Origin: a bacterium
Lineage (GTDB): Bacteria; JADJOY01
Assembly (NCBI GenBank): GCA_046331705.1
Contig: JAXLQJ010000001.1
Span: forward strand, 62,001-126,000
Direction of reading: 5' to 3'
DNA length: 64,000 bases
In this document: positions 7,525 through 17,044 of the stretch, piece by piece
Numbering within the stretch: the first letter of the stretch is position 1
Layout: every line of letters starts with the position of its first letter
The notes under the pieces: model-generated
Databases searched by the model: none
Told to the model about the DNA's origin: nothing
Seen by the model: only the letters and a program-made list of their open reading frames with translations
Program-made: the position numbers and the translations under genes

Positions 7525-10173
7525 TCAACTCTCGGCGCGGGTCGAGCCATCCTCGCGACCGTCGGGGGGCACGTCCGCGCCGCTCGGCAACGCGCCATTG
7601 GACGCCGCGGCCGCCGGCAGGCGGATCACCGCGCGGGTGCCTTCGTTCACCACGCTCGAGAGCGAGAGCTTCCCACCGTGCTCCTCGACGATCTTGCGGC
7701 AGAGCGCGAGCCCGAGGCCCGTGCCGCGTCCCGGCTCGCGGGTGGTGAAGAAGGGATCGAAGACCCGCTCGAGGTTCTCGGGCGCGATGCCGACACCGTT
7801 GTCGGCGACCACCACCTCGACCTCGGCGCCGATCCGCCGCGTGCTCACCCAGATCGCGCCGCCGGTGGGCGGCAGCGCCAGAAGCGCGTTCTTGATCAGA
7901 TTGAGGAAGACCTGGTTCATGCGGCCGCTGCGGCACAGCGCGACGGCCTCCCCGGCGAGCTCGGTGTGGAACTGGACCGTCGCCGAGCCGCCACCGGCGA
8001 GCAGGATCGTCGAACGAAGCGCCTGGTTCAGGTCGACGGGCGTGGCCTCGAGATCGGGGTGTGGCTCGGAGACGCGCTTGAGCTCGTTGATCAGCCCTTG
8101 GATCCGCTCCAGGCCGACGTTGGCCGAGCGCAGTAGGTCGATGCAGGTGGGGAGCGCCTTGGTGCTGCCCTCGCGTTGCATCTCGGCGAGCAGCTCGTCG
8201 AGGGCAAACACCGCGTTCGAGATGAATCCGAGCGGGTTCAGCAGCTCGTGCGCCAGCCCCGCGGTGAGCACACGCATCGATTTGGAGGTCTCGGTGGTGA
8301 GCGAGTCGACCCGCTCCTCCTTGCGCTTCATGAGGCGATGGATGGCGGCCTGCAGCTCGCGCACGTTGAACGGCTTGCTGAGGTAGACGTCGGCGCCGTG
8401 GCGGCGGGCCTCCACTCGATCCTGGCTCTGCCCGCGTGCGGTCAGCATGACGATCGGGATGGGCCGCGTTTGCGGATCGTTGCGGAGCTGCTCGCACAGC
8501 CAGAAGCCGTCGCGTCGCGGCATCATCAGGTCGGTGATCACCAGATCCGGCAGATCGGACTTGGCGCGCTCCCAACCCTCCTCCCCGTCGGCCGCGGTGA
8601 TCACGTGGTACTCGGACGCGAGCTGGAGCGCGACGAAACGCGCCAGGTCGCGCGAGTCCTCGACCACCAGCACGGTGCCCCGGCGCGGCCCCATCTCGAT
8701 GCGCGCGGTGGTGCGCCGATCCGCGACGTCGTAGAGCTCGCCGAAGCGATACTCGGGCGACTCGGACATCGTCTGCACCCACGCACCGAGGCCCGCGTCC
8801 TCTTGGCGGCGGGCGTGGGCGGTGTCGGCGCGGGCCACGCGGCGATCGATCCGGTCGTCCGGGATGCGCGACGGATCGTCGGGCAACCGCACCACGAAGC
8901 TCGAGCCCTGGCCGGGCGTGCTCGTCACCGACACCGATCCCGCGTGCAGCTCCACGAACTCGCGCACCAGGGCGAGCCCGATGCCGGTCCCGCCCTTGGC
9001 GCGGGTGGCGGTGGCGTCGACCTGGCTGAAGCGTTCGAAGATGCGCGCGTGGTGCTCGGGCGCGATGCCAATGCCCGAGTCGGCGACCTCGATCTCGACC
9101 GCGTCGTCGAGCGCGCGCGCGGCGATCCGGATCTGCCCCTGCGCGGGCGTGAACTTGATGGCGTTCGACAGCAGGTTGAGCACCACCTTCTCGATCTTGA
9201 GCCGATCGAGCGTCACCAGCAGCGGCGCTTCCGGCAGGTCCGTGTCGAGCTCCAGCGAGCGCCACGAGAACATCGGTCCCGCCTGCGTCGTGATGCCGTC
9301 GATGAGCTCCACCAGGTCGAACTCCTCGAGCCTGAGCCGCGCCTGCGCCGCCTCGATGCGCGCCAGATCGAGCAGGTCGTTGATGAGCCGCAGCAAGCTG
9401 AGCCCGTTGCGGCGGATCACCTCGAGGTATTCGAGCTGGCGCTGCAGCAGCGTCCCGTCCGTGGTCGAGCCCAGGCTTTCGAGGGCGCCGAGCATCAGCG
9501 TCAGCGGCGTGCGCATCTCGTGAGAGATGTTCGCCATGAAGTCGCTCTTGAGCCGGTCGAGGCCGCGGAGCTGCTGGTTGGCGCGCGCCAGGTCCTGACG
9601 GCCGTCGAACTCGGCGCGCGACAAGCGACCGGCCTGCAGGTTCGCCGCGAGCGAGATCCCCACCGCTCCGAACAGGAAGAACGTGTTGTTGAGGGCGACC
9701 TGCGCGTCGCGCTCGCCGTTCGCGAGCGCCACCGTGACGTACATGACCACGGCACCCAGCCCGGCGATGAGCGACTCCTCCCACGTCCACGGGATCACCA
9801 GCCCCATGCCCATCACCACCAGCACCAGGCCCGCGTAGTAGAGGCTCTGCTCGTAGCCGGTGCGCGTGAGCATCGCGCAGATGATCCCGCTCACCCACCA
9901 CACCTCGACGCAGCCCAGCCAGCGCAGCGACGCGCGCGTTCGAACGCGCGGCAGCGCGATGAGCACCGCTCCGTAGCCCAAGGCGCACAGCACCCGCAGC
10001 ACCAGGAACGTGCGCGGGACTCCCGGGTAACGCGACGCCGGGTAGATGATGAGATCGACGACCCAGAAGACCAGGAAGATGATGATCGCGACGACCGCGA
10101 ACAGGCGCACGCCGGCGCGAACGCGTTGCGCTTCCTCGTTCTGCCAGACGACGTGATCGTCCGCTTCGTTCAT
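7525..10173 (-). CDS. Membrane hybrid sensor kinase: multi-TM input, HisKA-HATPase, REC, second HisKA-HATPase
   Basis: From MNEADD: about 6 TM helices (YYAGLVLV), H-box ISHEMRTPL, G-boxes, REC (VVEDS, ITDLMMP, KPF), second H-box LAHELLNPL with a full ATPase domain. ATGA overlap with the upstream gene. Confidence 0.92.
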   Translation of the reverse strand: MNEADDHVVWQNEEAQRVRAGVRLFAVVAIIIFLVFWVVDLIIYPASRYPGVPRTFLVLRVLCALGYGAVLIALPRVRTRASLRWLGCVEVWWVSGIICAMLTRTGYEQSLYYAGLVLVVMGMGLVIPWTWEESLIAGLGAVVMYVTVALANGERDAQVALNNTFFLFGAVGISLAANLQAGRLSRAEFDGRQDLARANQQLRGLDRLKSDFMANISHEMRTPLTLMLGALESLGSTTDGTLLQRQLEYLEVIRRNGLSLLRLINDLLDLARIEAAQARLRLEEFDLVELIDGITTQAGPMFSWRSLELDTDLPEAPLLVTLDRLKIEKVVLNLLSNAIKFTPAQGQIRIAARALDDAVEIEVADSGIGIAPEHHARIFERFSQVDATATRAKGGTGIGLALVREFVELHAGSVSVTSTPGQGSSFVVRLPDDPSRIPDDRIDRRVARADTAHARRQEDAGLGAWVQTMSESPEYRFGELYDVADRRTTARIEMGPRRGTVLVVEDSRDLARFVALQLASEYHVITAADGEEGWERAKSDLPDLVITDLMMPRRDGFWLCEQLRNDPQTRPIPIVMLTARGQSQDRVEARRHGADVYLSKPFNVRELQAAIHRLMKRKEERVDSLTTETSKSMRVLTAGLAHELLNPLGFISNAVFALDELLAEMQREGSTKALPTCIDLLRSANVGLERIQGLINELKRVSEPHPDLEATPVDLNQALRSTILLAGGGSATVQFHTELAGEAVALCRSGRMNQVFLNLIKNALLALPPTGGAIWVSTRRIGAEVEVVVADNGVGIAPENLERVFDPFFTTREPGRGTGLGLALCRKIVEEHGGKLSLSSVVNEGTRAVIRLPAAAASNGALPSGADVPPDGREDGSTRAES

Positions 10174-13100
10174 GGCTTGTCGGCGCGCAGCACGATCGCG
10201 CGCGGTGGCGTCCCGAAGGTGCGCTCGACGCTGCGCACCGTGAGGCCCGCGCCCGCGAAGAGCTCGCCGAACTCTTCCACCTCGAAGAAGCGGAATCGGC
10301 CTTCGTCGAAGAGGCGAAGCAGGAACGCCGCCGAGCTCATGTACTCGCGGACGGCGTGCAGCGTGCGGTCCTCGTCGTAGCCCTTGAGCGGCGCCACGGT
10401 ACCGGCGCGGATGTCGCGCAACAGCGCCACGTAGACCTGCGAGAAATCGGCGTCGGGTCGAAACGTGGAGGCGACCAGCCGCGCGCCGCTCTTGAGACGA
10501 GCGGCGAGCTGTCGCACCAGGGTCGCCGGGTCCACGACGCACGAGAGAAAGAGGCTCATCAGCACCGCGTCCGCGTGCTCGATCAGCGCGGGCGGGCCGT
10601 CGAGCTCGGCGTCCCACTCGAAGGTCTCGAGGGAAAGCCGCGACTCGGCGCGGACGCGCGCCGTCTCGAGCAGCTGTGGCACCAGGTCGTAGAGCATCAC
10701 GCGCAGCGCCGGCCGCTCGGCGCGCCGAGCGAGCGCTTCCAGGGAATGGCCGAGGCCGCAGCCCAGATCCGCGAGCACCGCGTCGTCCGCGAGCTCCAGC
10801 AGGTCGATCTGCCGATCCATCAGCTCCTGGTACTCGCGCGTCATCGCCAGCACGTCGAAGCCCAAGCTCTCGGTGGTGGCGCCGAGCATGTAGCTGCGCC
10901 AGTACTCCCGCGGCGAGGCGAGCTCGATGCGCGGCGCTCGCGCCCATTCCTCGGCGGCCACCGTCGCCGCGACGCGCTCGTTCGGCACCGCCACCGCCGG
11001 GTGCTCGACGCCGACCGCGGCGAGCACGAAGCGCGCCACCGGCAAGTACGCGAGCAGCGCCTCGACGCTCTTGGTGGGCACGTGCCCGCAAGGCACCACC
11101 ACCAGCCGCCGCTCGACGGTGGGGGCGGAGGCCAGGATGCTGCGGATGCGCAACTCGTTCACGAACGCGTCGTAGCGGCCGTGCACCCAGAGCAACGGGA
11201 TGCGCAGTCGAGCGGCGTCGCGCTGCGCGTCCTGGATCAACAGCAACCGCGCGCGCAGACCATCGGCGCACCAGCGGTCGGCGTCGCTCAGGACACCGAG
11301 GATGTTCCGCACCTGGTGCCGGACGCCGGCGCGGTAGTTCGCGACGTAGTCGATGCCGCCGGAGGCGGTGCGGATGAGGTCCTGGAGGTCGGAGGCTCCC
11401 ATCAACTCGACGAGATGGGTGACGCGCGGGTCCTCGACGGCGGCGCGCAAGCAGAGCGGCCCCGAGAAGCTCATGCCGATGAGCGCGGTGGCGGTCGCCG
11501 GAGCGCCCAGGCGGCCATGCGCGTAGTCGATCGCCGCGGTGAGGTTCTGGACGCACTCGCTCAGCTCGAGGCCGAGCGTCTCCTTGCCGTTGCGGTCGAA
11601 GCCCGCGTCCTTGGTGCTCTCGCCGAGCGCGTTCACGTAGTCGATGCGCAGCACCGCCACGTGGCGCGCGTTGGCGTCGTAGATCGCGCACAAGAACTGG
11701 GCGAGGATCGACACCGACTCCTTGGTCTTGCCCCACGCCGGCGGCACCACGAACACGGTGGTCGGGCCCGGATGGCGAACCTCGTTCCAGAGCCCGGCGA
11801 CCTGCCGCTCGCCGCACGCGAACCGCACCGACTCGGCGCGGTACGCGGTCGCGACGCTGCGCGGCGCGGCGTCGGGAAACGCCGATTCCTCCTCGTGCAG
11901 CGGCAGCACGGTGCGCGAGACGTCGTCGGAGGGCGTGTCGACGAAGGTGGCGCCCGCCGTGAAGCCGACCGCCTCGGGACGCCGATAGCGCAACAGCGCC
12001 AGCTCTTGGCGGACCAGACCGCCCTCGACGTGGAACTCGACGTCGAGCTGGCCGGCGCGCGGCAGCACGTCCTCGTCGGCGGCCGATCCCACGTAGAACG
12101 CGAAGCCGCGCGGCGACAGATCGGTCACCGGAAACCAGCGCTCCCCGACGCGGATGCGCAGCGGCGAGTCGAGCCCGAGGACCAGTCGATCCTGCGCGCG
12201 CTGGTCGGTGAGCACGCAGCGCGTGGGCTGACCGATCACGACCTCGCCGTCGCCCACCGCGAGCACGAAGCCGTCGAAGAGAAAGCTCTCGTGCTTCCAG
12301 GTGGCGGCGAAGCACAGGTACGAGCCGGGCGGACCGAGCGCCTGGGGAGCGGGAAGGGCGATGCGCAGCTGGCGCGCCGACTCGTCGAGGTCGCGCACGG
12401 TGCCCTGCACCACCCGCCCGCCGTGCACGCGCGCGAAGGTCACGCCCACGCCATGGGTCGCGAGCTCGCGCAGGATGCGCACCACGCCCTCGTGCGCCGT
12501 GAGCCAGCGGAAGCCGTCGACCTCGACCCGCTCCAGCCGCTCGACCGTGTCGCGCAGCGTGGAGGCCAGGATCTGCGCCTTGGCGATCTTGAAGAGCTCC
12601 TGCTGGGTCTCGCCCGTGACGCGGATGAAGCGCAGCCTGAGCTCCGAACGGGAGCCCGCACGGATCGACTCCGCCACGTGGCAGGTGAGCATGTCCTCGA
12701 GCCCGGGCCGCTCCAGCCGAACCCTGAGCGACAGGATCGGCTGCTCGGCGCGCTCGCCTGCCAGACGGATCCGCGCGCCGTACGGGGAGAGATCGAGAAG
12801 CTCGGTGCCGGGCGGGTCCAGGATCTCCACACCCGACGCCGAAGCGCGCGGGTAGCCGCGCCGCTCCACCCGCGAGCGGGTGACCGCGAAAGCATTCTCG
12901 AGGAACGCGCGCAGGTCCTGGGGGCGACGGCGCGGATCGTCCACCAACGTGCCGCCCGACAGCCGCAGCGCCAGATACGCGGCGCCGGGGTTGCTCGTGC
13001 GCCGCAGCACGGCGGTGAGGGGAGGCTCAACGACGCCCTGGAAGTGCGCGGTCAGCGCGCTCGCGCCGATCGCCGGATCGACGAGTGTCGGCCATTCACC

Positions 13101-13235
13101 CGGCTCGTTCGCGATCTGAACGTCGAACTCCTCGGCGATCCCCGCCACCAGCTGGATCAAGCCGTGATCATTCGACAACACGGCGAGCTGTGGGCTCACG
13201 GGCGCGGCGTGGCTGCTGGCCGATGGCATCTTCAT
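10170..13235 (-). CDS. Fusion of tandem PilZ domains, LuxD-like alpha/beta hydrolase (thioesterase) and class I SAM methyltransferase
   Basis: PilZ motifs RRGYPR...DLSPYG and QRAQDR...DLSPRG; hydrolase PPAWGKTKE, RIDYVNALGES, GMSFSG (Ser), HGRYD (Asp), CGH (His); MTase motif I LADLGCGLG. Start is uncertain (13229, 13235 or 13289). Confidence 0.8.
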   Translation of the reverse strand: MKMPSASSHAAPVSPQLAVLSNDHGLIQLVAGIAEEFDVQIANEPGEWPTLVDPAIGASALTAHFQGVVEPPLTAVLRRTSNPGAAYLALRLSGGTLVDDPRRRPQDLRAFLENAFAVTRSRVERRGYPRASASGVEILDPPGTELLDLSPYGARIRLAGERAEQPILSLRVRLERPGLEDMLTCHVAESIRAGSRSELRLRFIRVTGETQQELFKIAKAQILASTLRDTVERLERVEVDGFRWLTAHEGVVRILRELATHGVGVTFARVHGGRVVQGTVRDLDESARQLRIALPAPQALGPPGSYLCFAATWKHESFLFDGFVLAVGDGEVVIGQPTRCVLTDQRAQDRLVLGLDSPLRIRVGERWFPVTDLSPRGFAFYVGSAADEDVLPRAGQLDVEFHVEGGLVRQELALLRYRRPEAVGFTAGATFVDTPSDDVSRTVLPLHEEESAFPDAAPRSVATAYRAESVRFACGERQVAGLWNEVRHPGPTTVFVVPPAWGKTKESVSILAQFLCAIYDANARHVAVLRIDYVNALGESTKDAGFDRNGKETLGLELSECVQNLTAAIDYAHGRLGAPATATALIGMSFSGPLCLRAAVEDPRVTHLVELMGASDLQDLIRTASGGIDYVANYRAGVRHQVRNILGVLSDADRWCADGLRARLLLIQDAQRDAARLRIPLLWVHGRYDAFVNELRIRSILASAPTVERRLVVVPCGHVPTKSVEALLAYLPVARFVLAAVGVEHPAVAVPNERVAATVAAEEWARAPRIELASPREYWRSYMLGATTESLGFDVLAMTREYQELMDRQIDLLELADDAVLADLGCGLGHSLEALARRAERPALRVMLYDLVPQLLETARVRAESRLSLETFEWDAELDGPPALIEHADAVLMSLFLSCVVDPATLVRQLAARLKSGARLVASTFRPDADFSQVYVALLRDIRAGTVAPLKGYDEDRTLHAVREYMSSAAFLLRLFDEGRFRFFEVEEFGELFAGAGLTVRSVERTFGTPPRAIVLRADKP

Positions 13236-13392
13236 TCGTCCGGACGGGAAGTTACGGCGATTTTCCTCGATTCGTGCCGTCACCCACAACCCCGGGAAAA
13301 GCGAGCGTTTTCCTGTCGGCTTGCACTGCGACCCGGAGGTCCCCTAAATGTTGACAGGGACCAGCACGCGAGAGACGAAACCGGCACGAATC

Positions 13393-14655
13393 ATGCGAAG
13401 CGTCGTCATCACCGGCCTCGGGCTCGTCAGTCCGCTGGGCAACTCCCTGGCCGCGAGCCTCGCGGCGGCGCGTGCCGGGCAGTCGGGCATCCGCTCCTGC
13501 GAGCGCTACCTGTGGGGCGAGTTCGGTGCCGAGATCGCCTGCCGGGTGGCCGGCACGGTGGAGGACTTCGACGCGAGCCAGTACGTCGAGGCCGAGCGCG
13601 TCGACTCCTCGGACCCCGCGATCCTCTACGCGCTCGCCGCCGCCGACGAGGCCATCGCGGACTCCGGCCTGATGCGCGATCTCGACCCAGCCGCGGAGGA
13701 GCGTGAGCGGATCGCCGTGGTGCTCGGCACCGCTGGGCCGGGCTGCGTCAGCTATCACCGCGCGCTTCACACGGCCTTCGTCGACCGCGCCGCCCATCGG
13801 CTGGCCGGCTCGATGAGCCTGCAGATGTCCGGAAACATGCCGCCCTCGCTGGTGGCGCTCCGGCACGGCTTGCGCGGCCCGAACTTCGGGATCGTGAACG
13901 CATGCGCCGCCGGCTCCACCGCGATCGCCACCGCCACCGAGATGATCCGCGCCGGATCCGCCGACGTGGTGGTCACCGGCGGCGCCGAGTCGTGCATCGG
14001 TCTCACGCTGCTCGGCAGCATGGGGAACGTGGGGGCGATCAATCCCACTCGCGATCCGCACCGCGCCTCCCGTCCGTTCTCCGCGGATCGCGCCGGGCTC
14101 ATCATGGCCGAGGGCGCAGGAATCCTGGTGCTCGAAGCCGCCGATCGGGCGCTCGCCCGGGGTGCGCGGATTCACGGCGAGGTATTGGGAATTTCCCGTA
14201 CGAACGACGCCTACCACGTCTACAACCCCGACCCGAGCGGTGCCTTGTGGGCTCGCGCGATCGAGCTCGCGTTGCGCGACGCGCGGGTCGGCCTCGACGA
14301 GATCGGCGCGGTGAGCGCCCACGCCGCCTCCACCCCGCGCGGCGATCTCGCCGAGACGCGCGCGCTCAAACGGGTCTTCGGCAAACGCGCCTACGACGTT
14401 CCCGTGAGCGCCACCAAGTCGATGCACGGCCACGCGTACGGCGCCGCCGGCGCCATCGAGACCATCCTGTCGCTGGCCGCGCTGAACCAGCGGTGGCTGC
14501 CGCCCACCGCGCACCTCACCGAGCCGGATGCCGAGTGCGACCTCGATTACGTGCCGAACGAGAGCCGCGCCACGGACGCGGAGATCCTGCTCAAGAGCTC
14601 GTTCGGCTTCGGCGGCACCAACGCGTGCCTCGTCCTGCGCCGCGCGCCGCGCTGA
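13393..14655 (+). CDS. fabF: Beta-ketoacyl-ACP synthase II (FabF-like)
   Basis: MRSVVITGLGLVSPLG, NACAAG (Cys), SRPF...R.G..MAEGAG, AHAAST (His), KSMHGH (His), FGFGGTN. Confidence 0.88.
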   Translation: MRSVVITGLGLVSPLGNSLAASLAAARAGQSGIRSCERYLWGEFGAEIACRVAGTVEDFDASQYVEAERVDSSDPAILYALAAADEAIADSGLMRDLDPAAEERERIAVVLGTAGPGCVSYHRALHTAFVDRAAHRLAGSMSLQMSGNMPPSLVALRHGLRGPNFGIVNACAAGSTAIATATEMIRAGSADVVVTGGAESCIGLTLLGSMGNVGAINPTRDPHRASRPFSADRAGLIMAEGAGILVLEAADRALARGARIHGEVLGISRTNDAYHVYNPDPSGALWARAIELALRDARVGLDEIGAVSAHAASTPRGDLAETRALKRVFGKRAYDVPVSATKSMHGHAYGAAGAIETILSLAALNQRWLPPTAHLTEPDAECDLDYVPNESRATDAEILLKSSFGFGGTNACLVLRRAPR

Positions 14656-14659
14656 GCGC

Positions 14660-17044
14660 TCAGGCGGCGACCGGCGGACGGGTGACGCGCCGGTAGAGCG
14701 TGGTGCGTTGCACGAGGCGGCGACCGAGCGGCGCCACCAGCTCGGTCAGCTCCTCGTGGCTCAGCCCCTGGCCGTGCGCCGCGCCGGCGGCGCGGCTGAT
14801 GCTCTCGTTCATGAGCGTGCCGCCCAGATCGTCGACGCCCGCGGCGAGCGCCAACCGCGCGCCTTCGATGCCCATCTTCACCCACGAGGTCTGGACGTGG
14901 TCGATCGCGCCGACGAGCGCGATGCGCGCGATCGCGTGCATGAGCAACGCCTCGCGGAACGTGGGGCCCGGGCGCGCCGCACGCTTCAGGAAGATGGGCG
15001 CGGCCATGTGCACGAAGGGCAGCGGGACGACCTCGGTGAAGCCACCGGTCTCGCGCTGCAGCGCGCGGGCGCGAAGCAGGTGTCGCGCCCAGTGCACCGG
15101 GCGATCCACGTGGCCGAACATGATCGTCACGTTCGAGCGCAAGCCGACGGCGTGCGCCGTGCGGTGCACGTCGAGCCAGGTGTCGGTGTCGAGCTTGTCG
15201 GGGCAGATCACCCCTCGCACCTCGTCGTCGAGGATCTCCGCCGCGGTCCCGGGCAACGTGGCCAGGCCCGCATCCTTGAGCGCGCGCAGGAAATCGGCGA
15301 GCGGCATGCCGAGGCGGCGCGCGCCCTCGTGGACCTCGAGCGCCGTGAACGCGTGGATGTGGATCGTCGGATCGGCGGCGCGCACGGTGCGCGTGATGTC
15401 GAGATACGTGGATCCGTCGAAGTCGGGATGGATGCCGCCTTGCAGGCAAACCTCGGTGGCGCCGCGCGCCGACGCCTCGGTCACCCGCGCGGCGATCTCG
15501 TCCAGCTCGAGCAGGTACGGCGCGCCACGCAGCTCGGGCGTGGTGGGGCCCTTGCTGAAGGCACAGAAGCGGCAGTGGTACGTGCAGACGTTCGTGTAGT
15601 TGATGTTGCGGTTGCGCACGTAGGTGACGTCGTCGCCGACGACGCGACGGCGTAGCTCGTCGGCGACCGCGCAAACTCGCTCGACCTCGCGTCCGCGGGC
15701 CCCGAAGAGCGTCACGATCTCGCTCTCGCCGACTTCCTGCCCGGCGAGGACACCCGCGAGAACCTCGTCGACCGCGGTGCGTGCCGCGCGCCCGGCGCTC
15801 GGCGCCGCCACGCCGCGCCGCGACCACGGGGCCGCGCCGTCCCGGTCGGCGTCGCGAAGCGGCAGCGGCGCGCCGTTGGCTCCGGCCGCCCAGCGATCGG
15901 CGCGATCGAGACCGTGAGCGTCGCTCGCCGCCAAGACCGGGAAACGCATCGCCGGGTCGAGCCAGCGCTCGGGATCCGCGGAGAAACGGGGATAGATCGT
16001 GAGCCGCGACACCAGCTCGAAGCCGCGCGCCTCGCTCACCGCGCGCCATCGATCGACCTCCGGCCAGGGGCGCTCCGGGTTCACGTGATCGGGCGTGACC
16101 GGCGAGATGCCACCCCAGTCGTTGATCCCCGCGTCGAGGAGCTCGCCGAAGTCGTCGCTCAGGTTCGGCGGCACCTGGAGGCTGATCGCGGGGGGCAGCA
16201 CCAAACGCGCGGCGGCGACGGTCCAGAGCAGCTCCTCGCGGCTGCACGCCGGATCGTGCTTCATCGCCGTGCCGGGCTTGGGCAGGAAATTCTGGACGAT
16301 CACTTCCTGGATGTGGCCGTGGCGCTGGTGCGACTCGCGGATCGCGAGCAAGGCCTCGAGGCGCTCGGCGCGGGTCTCGCCGATCCCGATCAAGATCCCC
16401 GTGGTGAGCGGGATCGCCAGCGTGCCGGCGGCGTCGAGCGTCGCCAGGCGGCGGGCCGCGGTCTTGTCCGGCGAGGCGTGGTGGGGCCCGTCGACCGCGT
16501 GGAGCCGATCGGCCAGCGACTCGATCATCATGCCCTGCGACGCGCTCACGTGCCGCAGCCGCGCGAGATCGTCGGCGTAGAGCGCGCCGCCGTTGGCGTG
16601 CGGCAGGAGATTGGTCTCGGCGAGGACGCGTTCGGCGGCGGCCACGATGTAGTCCACCGTGGACGCGTAACCCCGCTCGGCGAGCCACCGCGCCGCCACC
16701 GGATAACGCTCCTCGGGCGCTTCCCCGAGGGTGAAGAGGGCTTCCTTGCAGCCGACCGCGGCGCCGGCCCGCGCCACCGCCAGCACCTCCTCGAGCTCCA
16801 TGTAGGGCGCCGGCAACCGGCTCGGGCTCTGCGCGAAGGTGCAGTAGCCACAGCGATTGCGGCACAGCCGCGTGAGCGGGATGAAGACCTTGGGTGAGTA
16901 CGTGACGTGGCGCCCGAACGCGGCGTCGCGGATCGCGCTGGCCCGCGGCAGCAACTCCGCGAGGCCCACGCTCGAGAGCTCGCGCGCGCGGGAGTCGCCC
17001 GCGAGGCGAGTCAGACCAGCGAGGTCGGAGGGCAGCTGCTGCAT
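14660..17044 (-). CDS. fbiC: Bifunctional FO synthase (CofG-CofH fusion)
   Basis: Two radical SAM domains: YSPKVFIPLTRLCRNRCGYC (CofG) and RNINYTNVCTYHCRFCAFS (CofH); GINDWGGISP, PGTAAEILDD, GGTLMNESISRAAGA. Alternative GTG start at 17143. Confidence 0.93.
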   Translation of the reverse strand: MQQLPSDLAGLTRLAGDSRARELSSVGLAELLPRASAIRDAAFGRHVTYSPKVFIPLTRLCRNRCGYCTFAQSPSRLPAPYMELEEVLAVARAGAAVGCKEALFTLGEAPEERYPVAARWLAERGYASTVDYIVAAAERVLAETNLLPHANGGALYADDLARLRHVSASQGMMIESLADRLHAVDGPHHASPDKTAARRLATLDAAGTLAIPLTTGILIGIGETRAERLEALLAIRESHQRHGHIQEVIVQNFLPKPGTAMKHDPACSREELLWTVAAARLVLPPAISLQVPPNLSDDFGELLDAGINDWGGISPVTPDHVNPERPWPEVDRWRAVSEARGFELVSRLTIYPRFSADPERWLDPAMRFPVLAASDAHGLDRADRWAAGANGAPLPLRDADRDGAAPWSRRGVAAPSAGRAARTAVDEVLAGVLAGQEVGESEIVTLFGARGREVERVCAVADELRRRVVGDDVTYVRNRNINYTNVCTYHCRFCAFSKGPTTPELRGAPYLLELDEIAARVTEASARGATEVCLQGGIHPDFDGSTYLDITRTVRAADPTIHIHAFTALEVHEGARRLGMPLADFLRALKDAGLATLPGTAAEILDDEVRGVICPDKLDTDTWLDVHRTAHAVGLRSNVTIMFGHVDRPVHWARHLLRARALQRETGGFTEVVPLPFVHMAAPIFLKRAARPGPTFREALLMHAIARIALVGAIDHVQTSWVKMGIEGARLALAAGVDDLGGTLMNESISRAAGAAHGQGLSHEELTELVAPLGRRLVQRTTLYRRVTRPPVAA

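Noticed and set aside
13382-13396. Sigma54-like CGGCACGAATCATGC
   Set aside because: It overlaps the fabF start codon, so it cannot drive full-length fabF; the inverted copy lacks the -12 GC.
14660-17044. fbiC as part of the fabF/signalling cluster
   Set aside because: It is convergent with fabF and has a complete, unrelated known function; adjacency alone is insufficient.
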